A DNA stretch of 64,000 nt from Mytilus edulis (Eukaryota), in contig NC_092354.1 of the NCBI RefSeq assembly GCF_963676685.1, forward strand, positions 60,016,001-60,080,000. Direction: 5' to 3'. A program made the position numbers and the translations under genes. Position 1 is the first letter of the stretch. Every line of letters starts with the position of its first letter. Below the pieces are notes generated by a model. The model searched no databases and was not told the DNA's origin. It was given only the letters and a program-made list of their open reading frames with translations. Below, piece by piece: positions 38,753 to 52,529 of the stretch.

Positions 38753-39922
38753 GGTGTCATACCACCAATTACTCCCTCAAATTTAGAACGTATGTGAAAG
38801 TAGCCCTACTCGGACAAAAAAAGTGCATTTGATGTCATTGTTCACCTAAACTAACTAACAAATTTGCAGAAATGAAAGTTTTGTTGAAAGAGAAATATAT
38901 TAAGACCATTTTGAGCCAAAATTTACCTGTCTATGAGTTTGCATTAAAAATTGAGGATTAATGCGCTCCATAGTACTGTGAAAGTACTTTAATTCGTGGA
39001 TATTAATTTTCGTGGTTTAAGCAATTTTTACATGTTCGTGGGTTTTTAAATTCGTGGATTTCAGTTTTCTAAAAAAAAAAAATAATTAAAGCCTTATGAG
39101 GAAGGTTACAAATAGTCTGGAATGAAGGAAATTGCAAAGAAAACATTGACCCGTGTAAATCGTAGTAAAAACACTAATTAAACCAAGATAAAGTGATCAA
39201 CAGATTAAGGACCATCAAAGGTGTTAATTAGTCCATAAACATGTCACCTAAATAAATCAGTATCATAAAAAAATGCTATAAACGTATCTTGAATTGTCAA
39301 ATAATTCTTATCAAAATCAAGCCCCGTATGAAACTATTATTTCTCATATGTACGAGAACTATGAGGATATAAAATGAACACTTTATCATACTAACATATC
39401 AATATCGGAAATCTGACTTTCATCGGAAAAAAATATTTTTATGAGAATTAAAAGATCAAAAGTTATGTTCTGTGACTGCTATTAAAGTATTCTCTGATTC
39501 GAGGTTATGCAATATATTCTCTAGACCATATCAGTAGTCAAACCTCCATGGGGATCTTTCCATGTCTTCATTTGGACAATGGTTGTTTTATTTCGTTGGA
39601 CACTTAAATTCGTGGATAAAGTCATCCACGAAAACCACGAAAATTGGTACCCCACGAATAAAAGTACTTTCACAGTATACTTATTTAAGATTTCCAGAAA
39701 ACCAGGGGTTATTTTTAGTGGTACCTCCTTTCGGAAGCTCTCTGCTTTCTTATATGATTTTGAATGTATGTTGAAAATTGGCATGCAGAAAGGTGACACC
39801 TGTACAATTCAGGATATACCTAGTTTCTATGAAGTTAAACTTAAGGTAAAATATTTAGAAAGCTGTGAAAATTACAAAATTTGGTTGAACAGATAGGGAC
39901 TTTTAATTGGTGGTATGACACC
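38753..39922. mobile_element. TIR element with TTTA target duplication (Kolobok-like)
   Basis: ttta|GGTGTCATACCACCAATT ... AATTGGTGGTATGACACC|ttta. Confidence 0.75.
38976..39675. mobile_element. MITE with TA TSD nested in the preceding element
   Basis: ta|CTGTGAAAGTACTTT..TTCGTGG ... CCACGAA..AAAGTACTTTCACAG|ta. Confidence 0.8.
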
Positions 39923-40210
39923 TTTATTTTCTTTTTTTCTCCCAAAATAACACAAACTGAATAATCATAAGAATAGATTACAATTGCGACTATGCATGGT
40001 ACCTATAGAACACAGAGGCATCATGAATAATTTATTGTGGAAGGAAGAGAAGCGACACACAAAATGAGGTCTTCTCGTTTAATAGTATAGATGTACTGGT
40101 AAGATTCAAGATAGGCTAGTTCACCCTTGGGCTGTTCTCTGACTTTGCCTCTAGTAAGATGCAGATATAGCACTGCAACTGACATCGAAAAAGACGCTTA
40201 ATTAACGAGT

Positions 40211-43200
40211 TTAATGGTCCGGAATAACACACGGCTGCAAATTGTTTTAAATGATAGAATAATATCTATATTTTAATTTCCGTCGGGTCGTAAAAAGTTT
40301 CTATGGTCACATTTTTGTATTTTATCCCTTTAATGGGGATACCCCACAATTTACGCTTTTGGGTAGTTACCTTAAAATCCAAAAATATATTTTTTGGTTG
40401 AATTTCCCGCTATTTTCGTAAATATTTTCTATGCACATATCATCAAGGATCATCGGAATGATGAAGACATAAATATAATACCATCTTCAAGTAAAACTTT
40501 CAAACTTAAAGTTAGCTGTTTTTTAGGTAGAAATTTAACGCGTTTTCTTTGAAAACGAGAAAACATATGATTCAAAAATAGTATTTGACATTTGAGAAGA
40601 CAAAACATATTATTGCGATACTGCATGCAAATTTTGTTGGGCAAATTCCAAACAATTTTGTCAAAAACTCAAAAATAAAAACATCATTTGTACCTTTTTT
40701 AATTACGGAAATTTCCTATCCGTCAATCAGCTCCACCATTTATTTTTTCCTTCACCATCAATTTGATAGTTTTGATGTGATTATGTAGATTTTGTAGGAG
40801 AAGTTAATTTATTTTTGAGTGATTTGAATATATATAGTAGTTCTTTCGTGTATTTTCTGTAAATAAGTTATATTTTTGTTAATAAAATTTTGACTTTATA
40901 TAAAAGTTAACCAAATCCTTCGGATAAGAGGTTTTTCCGGATAATGGCTATAGTTGACATTGTGTGAAAACACATTGTATGTCAATGTTTAACCTCAGAG
41001 CAATTAATATGCATGCAAGTGGTCGGGGGAAAAGTACTATTGAAGATTCACAGAGATTTGGTGTGTGACAAGGTGATGCTAAAACCAACTTCTCTTAATA
41101 TTCTGCTGTCCGTGGGCGAATCATCAGTGATGTTATGAGACTTGCACCAGAAGGCAAAATTGGTGCGTCTTAAAATTAGATTGATTGATTCATTGTTGGT
41201 TGCTTAACGTCCAGTGACAAATATTTCATGCATGTTCAGGACGAGAACAAGTTAACAATAAAAACAATAGGTAGGTTTTGTCATAATAGAGGCCATTCGG
41301 GATGATGATCGGGAAAATTTAGACTGCCACTGGAAAATGATGGTATATTGGATTGGGACAGAAATTTTCCATTGCAACAGGCCACCTTCGGACTCCTCAA
41401 AGAGTTGATGCAAGGGTTTTAACATGCAAAAAAACGTGACACTCCCTTTACACGAGGCATTCTGACCGGACGTGACTGCGAACTTGATACATCCCGCACA
41501 GCCAAACGGACGCCCCACTTCGTTTTACTGCCGGTCGGTAGAAGACCAAGTGACCATATTTCGTTTCCCCAGTCACCCTGGGGAACTTTAAATTAGAAAC
41601 AACAGAAATCCATACATGTGATCAAACTGATCGACATGTATCCTCACAACCTGACACTTTTATACGATCTCGCGCTCAGTTTCTTCCTTGTAGTTTGGAT
41701 ATGAAAACATGGTTTTTGTGTAAAAGACAAACCTTAAAAAAAACCCTGAAAACTACGCAAAACTGAGTCCTCTAAACGTGTTGACAGTCTTTTAAGTTGT
41801 GCTTATTAATGTGAGTAATCATTTATCCATGCATAACCAAGTACTTATTGAAGTCAACACCTGTGCTATTAAGTAAAACAGTTACTGAAAAATTAGAATT
41901 TGAACTTGCTGTCAGTTCATTAATAACGATTGTTAGTGATGTGATTTGTTCTTCCATAAAAAAAAGCCTTTCTCATGTAGCACATCCTCTATATACACCG
42001 ATCAATTTTACCCAAGATTGTCTCTGATGCTTATCAAACTTCCAAACTCCAGAACTACATGTAACTAGATTTTGTGACACCTTACAATTCAGACACAGTG
42101 GGGCCAAGGATATGAAATAAAGAGTTTAGCTCTGAACTCAATTTAGGGGATGCCATATCTGCTGCAGGAAAATTGAAGTCTATGTTAAGACTTTCAGAAT
42201 TACACCAAGGTGTGTCTGAAAATATTAAGGATACATTAAAAGAAGCACAATTACTTCACCCTGCCACCAGTGCTCTTATGAGCTATGTCCTCGTTTTGGT
42301 ATTTCTATGGAAATGCATAGCTTGTTAATAGATATCGGAAGATGTGGTATGAGTGCCAATGATACAACACACCATCCAAGTCACAATTTATAAAAGTAAA
42401 CCATTATAGGTCACGGTCCGGTCTTCAACACGGAGCCTAGACTCAAAAGTTCATTTGTTAGTTAATTGATAAAAATAACACAAAGGCGCTTCTGAACCGT
42501 ATATTGTCCCTAAAGATAACAAAAATTCGTAAATGGATGGTTATTACAAAATCAATCGTTTCTGTACCAACATTCGCCCCCATTACATTTTTGGATTGGC
42601 AGTGCAGATACATCATGCATATGCATATGGGAATACGGGTCACTAACATTGATCGAAACTTTGTACTCACATTTCTTTTGTGTTTTCTATGCAAGGTAAG
42701 ACTATATCTGACGAGTTTGACCGAATCATGACGGTATTTACGCTCCAGATAGCATTTGTACTCAAAAACTGTGTTTGCTTTGAACAAACTCTGTCCTACG
42801 CCGAACTTGTTCTTATAAAAAAGGGAAGTGTCTTGTAATGCTAATACGCGTACTGAATCCGCATATGATGACTAAGAGATTGATTCATGTCCCTATTTTA
42901 TGAATACTTGAGCTATTGTGTGTCACGTTTAAAAGTTATATAAGGACCATGATGATTTTGAATTACAACATTAGAAAATTGGCATTGCATTGTATAATTT
43001 TTCATCCTTCCCTTAAAAAATTAATTTTTTTACCAGGATTATCCCACTAAAAAAATGTTCATGCACCAAACTGACTTTGTTTTACACTCATTTTTTTTAA
43101 ACCTCGCATTCGCCTCGTGTGACTATAGTATATTTTGTGTTATAACTGCCCTGTCTAGACTTTGCAAATACACAATATGTGTTTATCTATAACTAGATAC

Positions 43201-43754
43201 TAATTTTCACAAAATACACAACCTTTAAGATGCAAAATTAAAAACACTGTTTCAGCGCTTGAATTTTGTTTTTTTCAAAGATAGAAAAAATATTGAAATA
43301 ATTTGATAAACTGGTGTTTTATACTTTAGAAGATAATTCTGTAATATACTATAGTGAAATACTATACACAATAGGAAAGTTTATGGATGTGAAAAGGTCA
43401 AGGACACTTCTTCTTTTGCTATGTCTTAAATGGAAAAATATCAGAAGGTTCCAAATCAACGCCATTTTTTGATGGCAGCTTTTCATATAAGTAGTCAAAT
43501 TTTTCGTTTTAACATCGTTTATACCATATGTTTATGATTGAATCGTTTTTGTAGCATTCTATTGAATAAATATCAGAATATTTCTCCTTTTTGTCCTTGT
43601 GGTTGAAATGTTGATATTTTTAGGTCTGACCTTTGACCTCAATTTCACAAAATTGTGACCACTCTGGATTTTTACGACCCAACTTTTCTTATTATACACG
43701 TTTTCCTCTTTCCATCGATATATAATTTAGGTGTGTGTTCTTCCGGACCATTAA
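40211..43754 (+). mobile_element. Decayed DNA transposon with TIRs and 3-bp TSD, Academ-like transposase remnants
   Basis: agt|TTAATGGTCCGGAATAACACAC ... GTGTGTTCTTCCGGACCATTAA|agt, with further subterminal similarity (GGGTCGTAAAAA..TGGTCACA). Frameshifted internal peptides LGDAISAAGKLK (~42140) and FGLAVQIHHAY (~42590). Family assignment is from memory of the motif. Confidence 0.65.
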
Positions 43755-45237
43755 AGTTTTAAAAAATGAACTCTGGTTGCAGTACTAATAGAGCAGTTCC
43801 ATCTTTAGGCTGTTGAAGGAGGACTTTGACTCTACAAATATCTTGTTCATTGAAGATGAGTTCTGTTAACCGTCTGCTTTTGCATTTTGAATCTACATAC
43901 ACAAACGTTTTGATTATAGTTTTATGATAGTTCCCTAACTAGTATGTTAATAGAGGGCTTATATTCTACACATACTTTGAAGATAAAAGTTCATTGACAT
44001 ATCTAGTGCGGTATCATTGTACAATTTCTTTTTCTGGTAAGTCGTCACATTGATAATTATCGATTTTTCAAATGCTCCGTTGTAATGTTTATCATAGCTT
44101 AGATATTTCCTTGTAGCTTGAGTAGTTTGAAAACAAATCATCATTGAATTGCTGAAACACACAACACATTTGACATTTCTTTTCTCTCCATAGGCAAAAA
44201 GTCACATGTGTTTGGAACAGATACTACAACTGGACATTTTGAAGGTCAAATTCAGCTTCATAATGACTCATTTGTTATTGAAAAAGCATCTCGTCATAAC
44301 ATTACAGACGAAGACATCCATACAGTCATTTATAATGTTAAAGATGTAAATATTCTTAAAGAATCACATTTTTGTGGCTTGAACGCAAAAATTATACAGC
44401 TAAAACCGGATCTAAAAGAAAGCATAAATACGCATGACAGTATGGATGAGTTCAAACTTCGATATACATCTGGATTAATCGACAAACAAAGACGATATAG
44501 AAGAGCCGTGGATGCTAAGAAAAAGATATGTGAATTGTATATTCAAGTAGATCATACACTTTTCTTTAGATATAAGAATGTAACAGATGACGTGATAGCC
44601 AATATAAATAATCACGTGATGGCAGTCAATTCTATTTTTAATGCTGTTCGTAAGTACACGATTTCAAGATGTAAATGCCCAATACAAGTTTTTTGTTTAT
44701 CAGCTCATGGACATAATTTGCCATTTTGGCTGTAACGTCATCAGCGTTTTTTCAAAATGATTTACTCAATGTAGAACTGAACTTTAAACATTTGGAAGAA
44801 CTGCAACATTTTTCTGTTTTTCTATTGTTAGCTAAACATACCCCAAATCTGTGTTCTATTTTTTTTTTTTATTAATTGATACATTCAATAATATTTATTT
44901 CAGTAATATTAAAATTTATTAGGTAAGACATATCACACGTAGGTTTTAATTTTACTACTGTTGCTTTTAATTTTTTTTTTTTTTTTTACAGATTTTGATA
45001 GTAATTCCTCAGCAGATAGTATAGGGTTTTCAATTAAACGAATAAAAATTCATGATGATCTTACAGTTGCCGGATATAATTATTCTGGCAATCATGGCGT
45101 GAATTCAATGCTCTTTCTCCATTCAGAAGAAAACTATGACCAGTTTTGTTTATCTTACATTTTTACACATAGAGACTTTGATAATGGTATTCTTGATCTA
45201 GCTTGGACAGCAGAGCCAGGAACGTCTGGTGGACTCT

Positions 45238-45575
45238 GTTCGAGGTACACGGTAAGATTCGTTAGTTTAAGTTATACTGTTGGACAATGATTCGATAGTT
45301 CGAGATATACTGTAAACTATCGTTGTTCGATGTATATATTAAAAATCGCTAGTTCTAGCTATACGGTTAGAGTCGTTAGTAAGGGGTAAACAGTTAGATT
45401 CATTAGTTCGAGGTATACTGTTAGAGATGGTTAGTTCGAGTATACGGTAAGATTCATTAGTTCGAGGTAAATGGTAAGATTCATTAGTTCGAGGTAAACG
45501 GTAAGATTAATTAGTTCGAGGTAAACGGTAAGATTCGTTTGTTTGAGTTATACTGTATGATTCGTTTGTTCGTAA
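45238..45575 (+). repeat. 27-bp splice-donor-derived minisatellite (copy 2)
   Basis: G|GTAAGAT copies at 45447, 45474, 45501 and 45528; the real donor is at 45252. Confidence 0.85.
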
Positions 45576-46928
45576 ATTAATCGTAAGTCTTTCATTGATA
45601 TTTTGTTGTTATTCATGTTTATATACTCTTGAAAATAAATGAGGACTCTTTCAAATAAAAGTTAATTTAGTTTTGTTTATCAATTTTCTTGTAACCATAG
45701 GCTTAGGACATCAAAAATAAAATATAAAATCTATGAATTTGATAATTATCTCTCTTGTTTGGAGACGTGTTGATATTTTGATGTCAAATTCGTGGGTTTA
45801 TTATACGCATTCGCAATTTAATTTGATCCGACGTTGTCGACGTCTTGACAACGTCAATTGTTGTAAATGACGTCATAGGAGTAAGATAACCACGTTTGTT
45901 TCACATGTGAAACTATCGATTTTTATTTCACTGTGAATTCAATGTAATTAATTGCAAACAATGTAATATTGCTACGTTTTAATTTATTTTTATCACGATA
46001 TTATGTTACATACCTTTCAGCTGTACACAGATGGACGGCTTAGTCAAAACACGGGCATAATGACAGATCTTAATTTCGGAAATGACGTCACTACAGCTGT
46101 TTCATACGTAACGTTTGCACATGAGATTGGTCATAATTTTCGATCGTTGGTAACTATGTTTAAATCAAATTTCGTTCGGTAGTTACATGTATATACTGCA
46201 TATTCAGTTGAATTTGCCGGTACAGTATCTACTACATTGTGTTTCAGTATCTGAAGCATTATTTGTAATCAAATTGTACAAACCAAAAAATAATAATAGC
46301 GTCGGATCATTGGTTAACTTCCATTGTTCGAGACAGTGTTATCAAATTACGACGTTTCACGGTTTGTGTTTCCACTTTTGAAAATAATCAAAAATGCTAC
46401 CCACAATACATAATAATCTGATCTGATGAATAACGTTAACATAAGATGCATACAATTGTAGCACGGACCGAAAACTCGTGCGTCTTAAATACATTTAATA
46501 AGGTATGGTCAAGACAAAGAGATTGAAGAGCCAAGAAAAAACATCAAACACAATGACAAAATAAAATGACCATAAAAGAGTCAAAAACCTTCTCTTCACA
46601 TAGTTTACCTACACACGTTCCACAATCTATAGTTTATAAATGTGTTATATGTATTCAGGGCCTGCATGGTATTGTCGAAACATCCGTGATATTAATTAGA
46701 CGTAGAAATGATCTAGATCAAAATATTCCAGTGAATCTGATTAAACTTTGTCATCTAACGTTTGGTGTTTCTTCTTGTCTATGATATGTAAATAGTAATT
46801 TCTCGACAATTGTCCAAAAGGATTTAACTAGTTCTTTTTGGTTTCATCAGCCATTTAACATTTGTATTAGGTTTGAGATTATCAAACATTTTGGCTGCGA
46901 GCATCACTGAAGAGACATTAAGTATCAA

Positions 46929-47549
46929 GGGCAAACGATACAGTTACAGGGGAGGTAATGACGTTGCTAACGTAAATTGTTATTTTCGCGACGTCAAACT
47001 ATGACTTATCGGGAAAAGATTCAGTTTTCAACTGATTTTTATCATTCAAACTTATCTAACTTGAAAACGAGTTGATGGACCCCTCTTTTTTAAAATGCCA
47101 TTTGGTTTGATTACGCGAGAAGATTATGTGTGCCAAGTTTCATGGAAACGTAAATAGTGCAATTTTTTTTAAATTTGATAAATATACAGCAAAAAATTAT
47201 GTTTTTTTCTACATTCATGAACATTTGATAAATATGAGTTATTTCTGAATAAAAAATGTATAAATTTTTAAGATACTTATAAATACAGAAAGTACAAATT
47301 ATTTAACAAAAACAATTTGTGTTTATCTTTTAAAACAAAAAAGTTATTTCTTTCTTTCGAAAGGGAAAATACGACCACAAATCCGAATTTTGAGCAAATA
47401 TACAAAATTTTGACCTCATTTTACTCAAAAAAGTAGCACATGAAGGCATTTTTTTTGGATAACTTATTTGATTTAATCAGGTAAAAAAAAGTCTATATGG
47501 AAATTTTTATCAAAATGTAAATACGGGATCAAAACTGTATCGTATGCCC
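46929..47549. mobile_element. MITE with GGGCA-type TIRs (Harbinger-like), present only in ADAM copy 2
   Basis: GGGCAAACGATACAGTT ... AACTGTATCGTATGCCC. The flanks are contiguous in copy 1 (~23560-23600). TSD unclear. Confidence 0.7.
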
Positions 47550-49603
47550 ATAAAAAGCGGATCTGGTGCATCAAAACTGGAACCGTTAATATTATTATTT
47601 CTTTATTTATAAAAACCAAGATGTAAGAATCTGCCAAAAACCGCTTTGTCTTTTATCGATAGACATTTATTTATGTTTCAGCATGATGAGTCCTCTAACC
47701 CAACATGTGCCCCTGGCGGGTGTAGTGGTAACTATATCATGTTCGCCCAAGCAACTGCTGGAACTAAATCTAACAATATACTATTTTCGTCATGTAGTAT
47801 ATCATCTATGACGCCAATGGTTGCCACACGAGGACGCGATACAGCTAATGGATGTTTCGTGGGTAAGAATTATTCAAATGAATAAAATGAAAGTATTGTT
47901 CACAGGGGACAAATAGACCACTGACCTAACATGAGCAATTTATGAGACAATTGGCCCTTTTTGTACCTCCACCAAATACGTGTTAAAGGTCATTCTATAT
48001 CCAAGCATATCAATATTTCTGTCATATTTTCATATTACTTGGAATACGTTGTGGGTCTTATATCACTTTTACAATCGCCTTTGATGAGTTAAATATACTT
48101 ATAAAATTTAAATATACTAAATTGAATTTGATGTCAAAATATCATACTGTTAACTTCTTATTGCTGTGTTATTACAAGACTAGATACTCGATTTGTCCCT
48201 CCAAAAGTACGGGAATGATACATCACGTGCTACAGTAGAATAGTCTTCTGAGATACTGGATCATCACTGGAGTCTTTTGCAGAAAGGTTTAACATGGAAA
48301 TGAAAGTTTAAACCATGATGTACTTGTTTTTTTCTCCTGTTTGAGTGACAAATTCCTCAAAACATAGTCGAAGTTATTATCTTTTTGTATTTCCAGAATA
48401 TTCGTCAGCCACATGTGGTAACAAAGTAGAAAGTGGCGAGGATTGTGATTGTGGTTGGGACAACGATTGCACAGATACTTGTTGTTATCCTGCGTTGTCA
48501 GCTACTGGTTCAGACTCAGCTAAGGCTTGTCAGTATAAAACCGGGGCCACGTGTAGGTGAGTACATTTTATAAGGCATGCGCATGTGCAATTGAGGACGG
48601 CAACGACATTGTATGCATTTATTATGCAAGGTTAAACGATGTAGGAAACATTCCACTTGTATCTATAACAAACAATTTTGTATAAAACATTAAATCAAAA
48701 CGGTTCCCGCTTAACATATTAATAAAAAAATGTTTATTTGTTTTAAAAAGATGACATAGTTTCACTTTTGATCAAGTGTTTGTTTTGGCTAAGCCGCTAA
48801 TTTGTTAGACACAAAATTCCCATTAGTATTGAAGTTGTGTGCTAATTTAGATATTTTCATTTAGTTCAGTGTTCAGAAATACACAAATATGCTGTTATAA
48901 ACTCAAAGTGAGCTTTGTGTTGCATATTCGAGTTAAAATCGAAAAATGACTATTATGTAAAACATCCATAAGAAAAAGTGTATCATTAAAATAAGGTAAA
49001 CCATAGTTTAAACTCATTACAGGTACAAGGATTTTAAGCTTGTTTGCCAGACGGGTATTTCAATTTCAAAATACTTATCAGTGGTCGATACTAAAATAAA
49101 AAAAGTGAAAAAAAAATTACTTTGGTATTATATATTTATATTGAAAAATTATTAAGATACTTAAATGGGTCAATCTTCAATTTTCTTAAAAGCATAATTA
49201 CCTAAGGTTTGAAAGAAACTATTGAAATATTTTACATGCTTTCAGAAAATCGGTTATTATTATTGGTTTAAAAAGCTTTTTAAATTACTGGAAACAGTTC
49301 ATTGTTGGATAATAGCATTATGTTATTATAAGAACCTTTTTTCGATGTGTTATATGTTTTCGTAAACAATCGAGATTTTTCATTCAATTCCATTTCAAAA
49401 CTTTAAGTGCAAGTATATATACATTATATTCTGATTTAATGAGTTTTCAATATGTTAAATCGCGTTATGAAGACTGACTCTTTTTTCCATTGCAGTCCCA
49501 GTGAAGGAGTATGCTGTAATCCCTCACTTTGTTCTAAGTATCAATCATCAGATAATAATGTCTGTAGGACCAACTCTTCCTGTCTTGATGAGGCAATCTG
49601 CAA

Positions 49604-50793
49604 ATATCCTTTTACAAATATCCTATCGGAGAAGGATCTGCTTACCCTTTTGAAGCGGTTGGGATCACTTTCAGTTTTGGCGGGGTTCATACGCGTGTTG
49701 CTCAGTTTTTGGTTTTCTATGAAGTATTTTGTTGATTTTGTTTGCTTTTAGTTGTCTTTCCTTTCATGTCAGGTGATGTAAAATTTACCTCGAGTTTTTA
49801 TGTTCAGTGAAAGAAGAAGTATTTTAAAAAGTTATTATATTAAAATCTAGCACTTTTTGAAAACTTGTTTCAAACTGCACTTGATTTAGACAATGAATAC
49901 CAACGATAACGCTTCTGTTTGGCGCCTTTTGTAGAAACAAAATATATAATTGAATGTTTCAGATATCAGTATTAAAATATGCCTTGGATCATTGACATTT
50001 ATCCATCTGGCATATAGGAAAAAAAAGGACCGTGAAATCGGAAAAAATCTCTTATTTGGCATTAAAATTAGAAAGATCATATGATAGGGAACATGTGTAC
50101 TAAGTTTCAAGTTGTTCGGACTTCAGCTTCATCATAAACTACCATTACCAAAAACTTTAACCTGAATCGGGATAATAATAATGTCTATAATGTCATATTT
50201 GAGCTTTTAAGATTGACAAGGTTTAGATATTTGAAATGTGCATGAACCTTACAAAATGTTTAAGACGACGATGTCTGTTTGGTAAAGCAGTTTCGTTCGT
50301 ACAAAATACAATATACATTGCCATGTTTTCTAACATTTGCACACAAAAACTATGCACTTTTATTACCAGCAAATGTCAACAATATAACCTGTCAATCAAA
50401 TAAACAGAGTTGCTCTTATCTTACTTGTTTCTCTTCAAAATTTGCTTGCATGAAACAATAAATTACGCTATCAAGTATTGCATTTTTTAAATTATGTTTT
50501 AAAAGAGGTATAATATGCCTCGACGATTTATCATTAAAGAAGGTCTTTTTGATAAATTAAATATTAGATTCGTAAAACTGTTTTTTTAAAAGGGTTGTGA
50601 AAAGTGAGAAAATAATTTAAATATCCGCAAAAGTATCTAGTTCCGAAACATTATCCTTTATATATTTTGTTCAGGTTGTTCCCAAAATATTTCGAGGCCC
50701 CTATCGTGAAATTTGTTTTAATTATTGGACTTTAATTGCTTAAACCTTTGAATTACTTCTGATTGTAACAATTACGGTCCTTAAATCGAAAAC
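49604..50793 (+). other. U12-type AT-AC intron, ADAM copy 2
   Basis: 5' ATATCCTTT ... TCCTTAAATCGAAAAC 3'; same signals as copy 1. Confidence 0.9.
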
Positions 50794-52487
50794 TGGCGGC
50801 CTGACCTGTCCAGATTCCACAGAATCGGCTAATGGAACTGTCTGTGATGATGAAAAAGTTTGTTACTTTGGGGTAAGTTAATAATTTAAAATTATATCTT
50901 CAATATAAAAATAAACTTAAAACAACACAGAACATAAGTTATGCTGTACCTGCCTTCTTGTTTCACTGCAGTATACCCAACATTTACTTTTATTTATAAT
51001 TGATATTCTGACTAACAGTTTAATGTTTGAATACCTTATGTAGAAAAGACAGAACACTGATACTTCCCATGTAAGTATACACGCATATATGACACAATTT
51101 ACAAACGACTTCGTAAATTTATCGTTTAAGCAATGTTCAGGCCAGGTTTGTCAAGCTCATGGATATCAATCGTGTCAGTGTGAACCCACTACAGCAGGTA
51201 ACTGGAAAGACGAACTGCTGTGCTCGTTGTGTTGTACTGATCCAGCTGACAACACTTGCAAGTACGTAAAGAAAATATTTTATAAATTCCTTTTATTGAT
51301 ATCATAGAAATTATTCCTTTATTTCTTACCCCTTGGCCAATAATAGGAGTTACTATGTATTAGGTTGTTTCACATTAACATTACGCCTATGTTGACCTGA
51401 ATAAGACTACTCTAATTGTTACAGCCATTGCAAAAGTCAAAGCAAAAGCCCCAGAAAAACATAAAATAGAAGATGAAGCAATACATGAGCATAGTCATTA
51501 GAACAACTAAAAACACTTCGAATGCATATTGATGTTTACCGTAATAACAGTTAAAAGTAATCTAAAGGCGCAATGGTACAATAAAACATATTTGTCAGAT
51601 GCTAGCTATTTTTAACTCTGATAAACGACGATTTTCGTATCCAGAATTTAGTGAACAAAATAAAGATATTTAAAAAAAATGGACCAGGTGTATCGTGAAT
51701 TATCTTAAAAAAATTACTAATTACAGTGTTGTTTGTAATGAATAATATCACTAAACATAAAACATTATCACAAAATGTGAATTAAACCAAATGAAATATT
51801 GATTCTGTGAAGATTAGTTTAGGATTATTGTCTCATAAAGGTTATAGTTGTGTTTCAAATATATTGGGTTTAAAATTGCAATATACTTGTCGAAAAGAAC
51901 CGACGTTTACCCAATTTATTATGTTTTGTTGTGAATGTTTTATTTTCCAGTCACGCAGTTCGAGTATCGCATCACCTTTTTAATTCAGACCTAAAATGTC
52001 AAATGTTTGTTTTATTTTAGAACTGCTGATCAACTTTCTAATATAAATGTAGCGTTTACTAAGGCTGTGCCAGGAACCCCATGTAATAAATTTCTTGGAT
52101 ACTGTGATGTCTTTCATATTTGTAGAGAGGTCAGTATGATTTCTAAATATAGAGAGATACATTTGGAAGCTTGTTCATGTTAAGTAAAGGCAACAGTAGT
52201 ATACCGTATAACTCACAAATCCATGTACAGAAAACAAAATCGGGGTAACAAACTAAAACTGAGGGAAACGCATTAAATATAAGAGGAGAACAACGACACA
52301 ACACTACAATGTAACACACACAGAAACGTTTAAGGTCTCGTTTTGAATCCAGAGCTCTTACAAAGATTCTGCGTAAATATTCATCCCGGTATTTCAAATG
52401 ATTTGGTGTGATCGTTCCTGATGAAGGTAGATTTAGAAAAAGCTCTTTAAACGACAAAATTAAATATTATATTCATTTCTTTATTTG

Positions 52488-52529
<42 letters not shown>

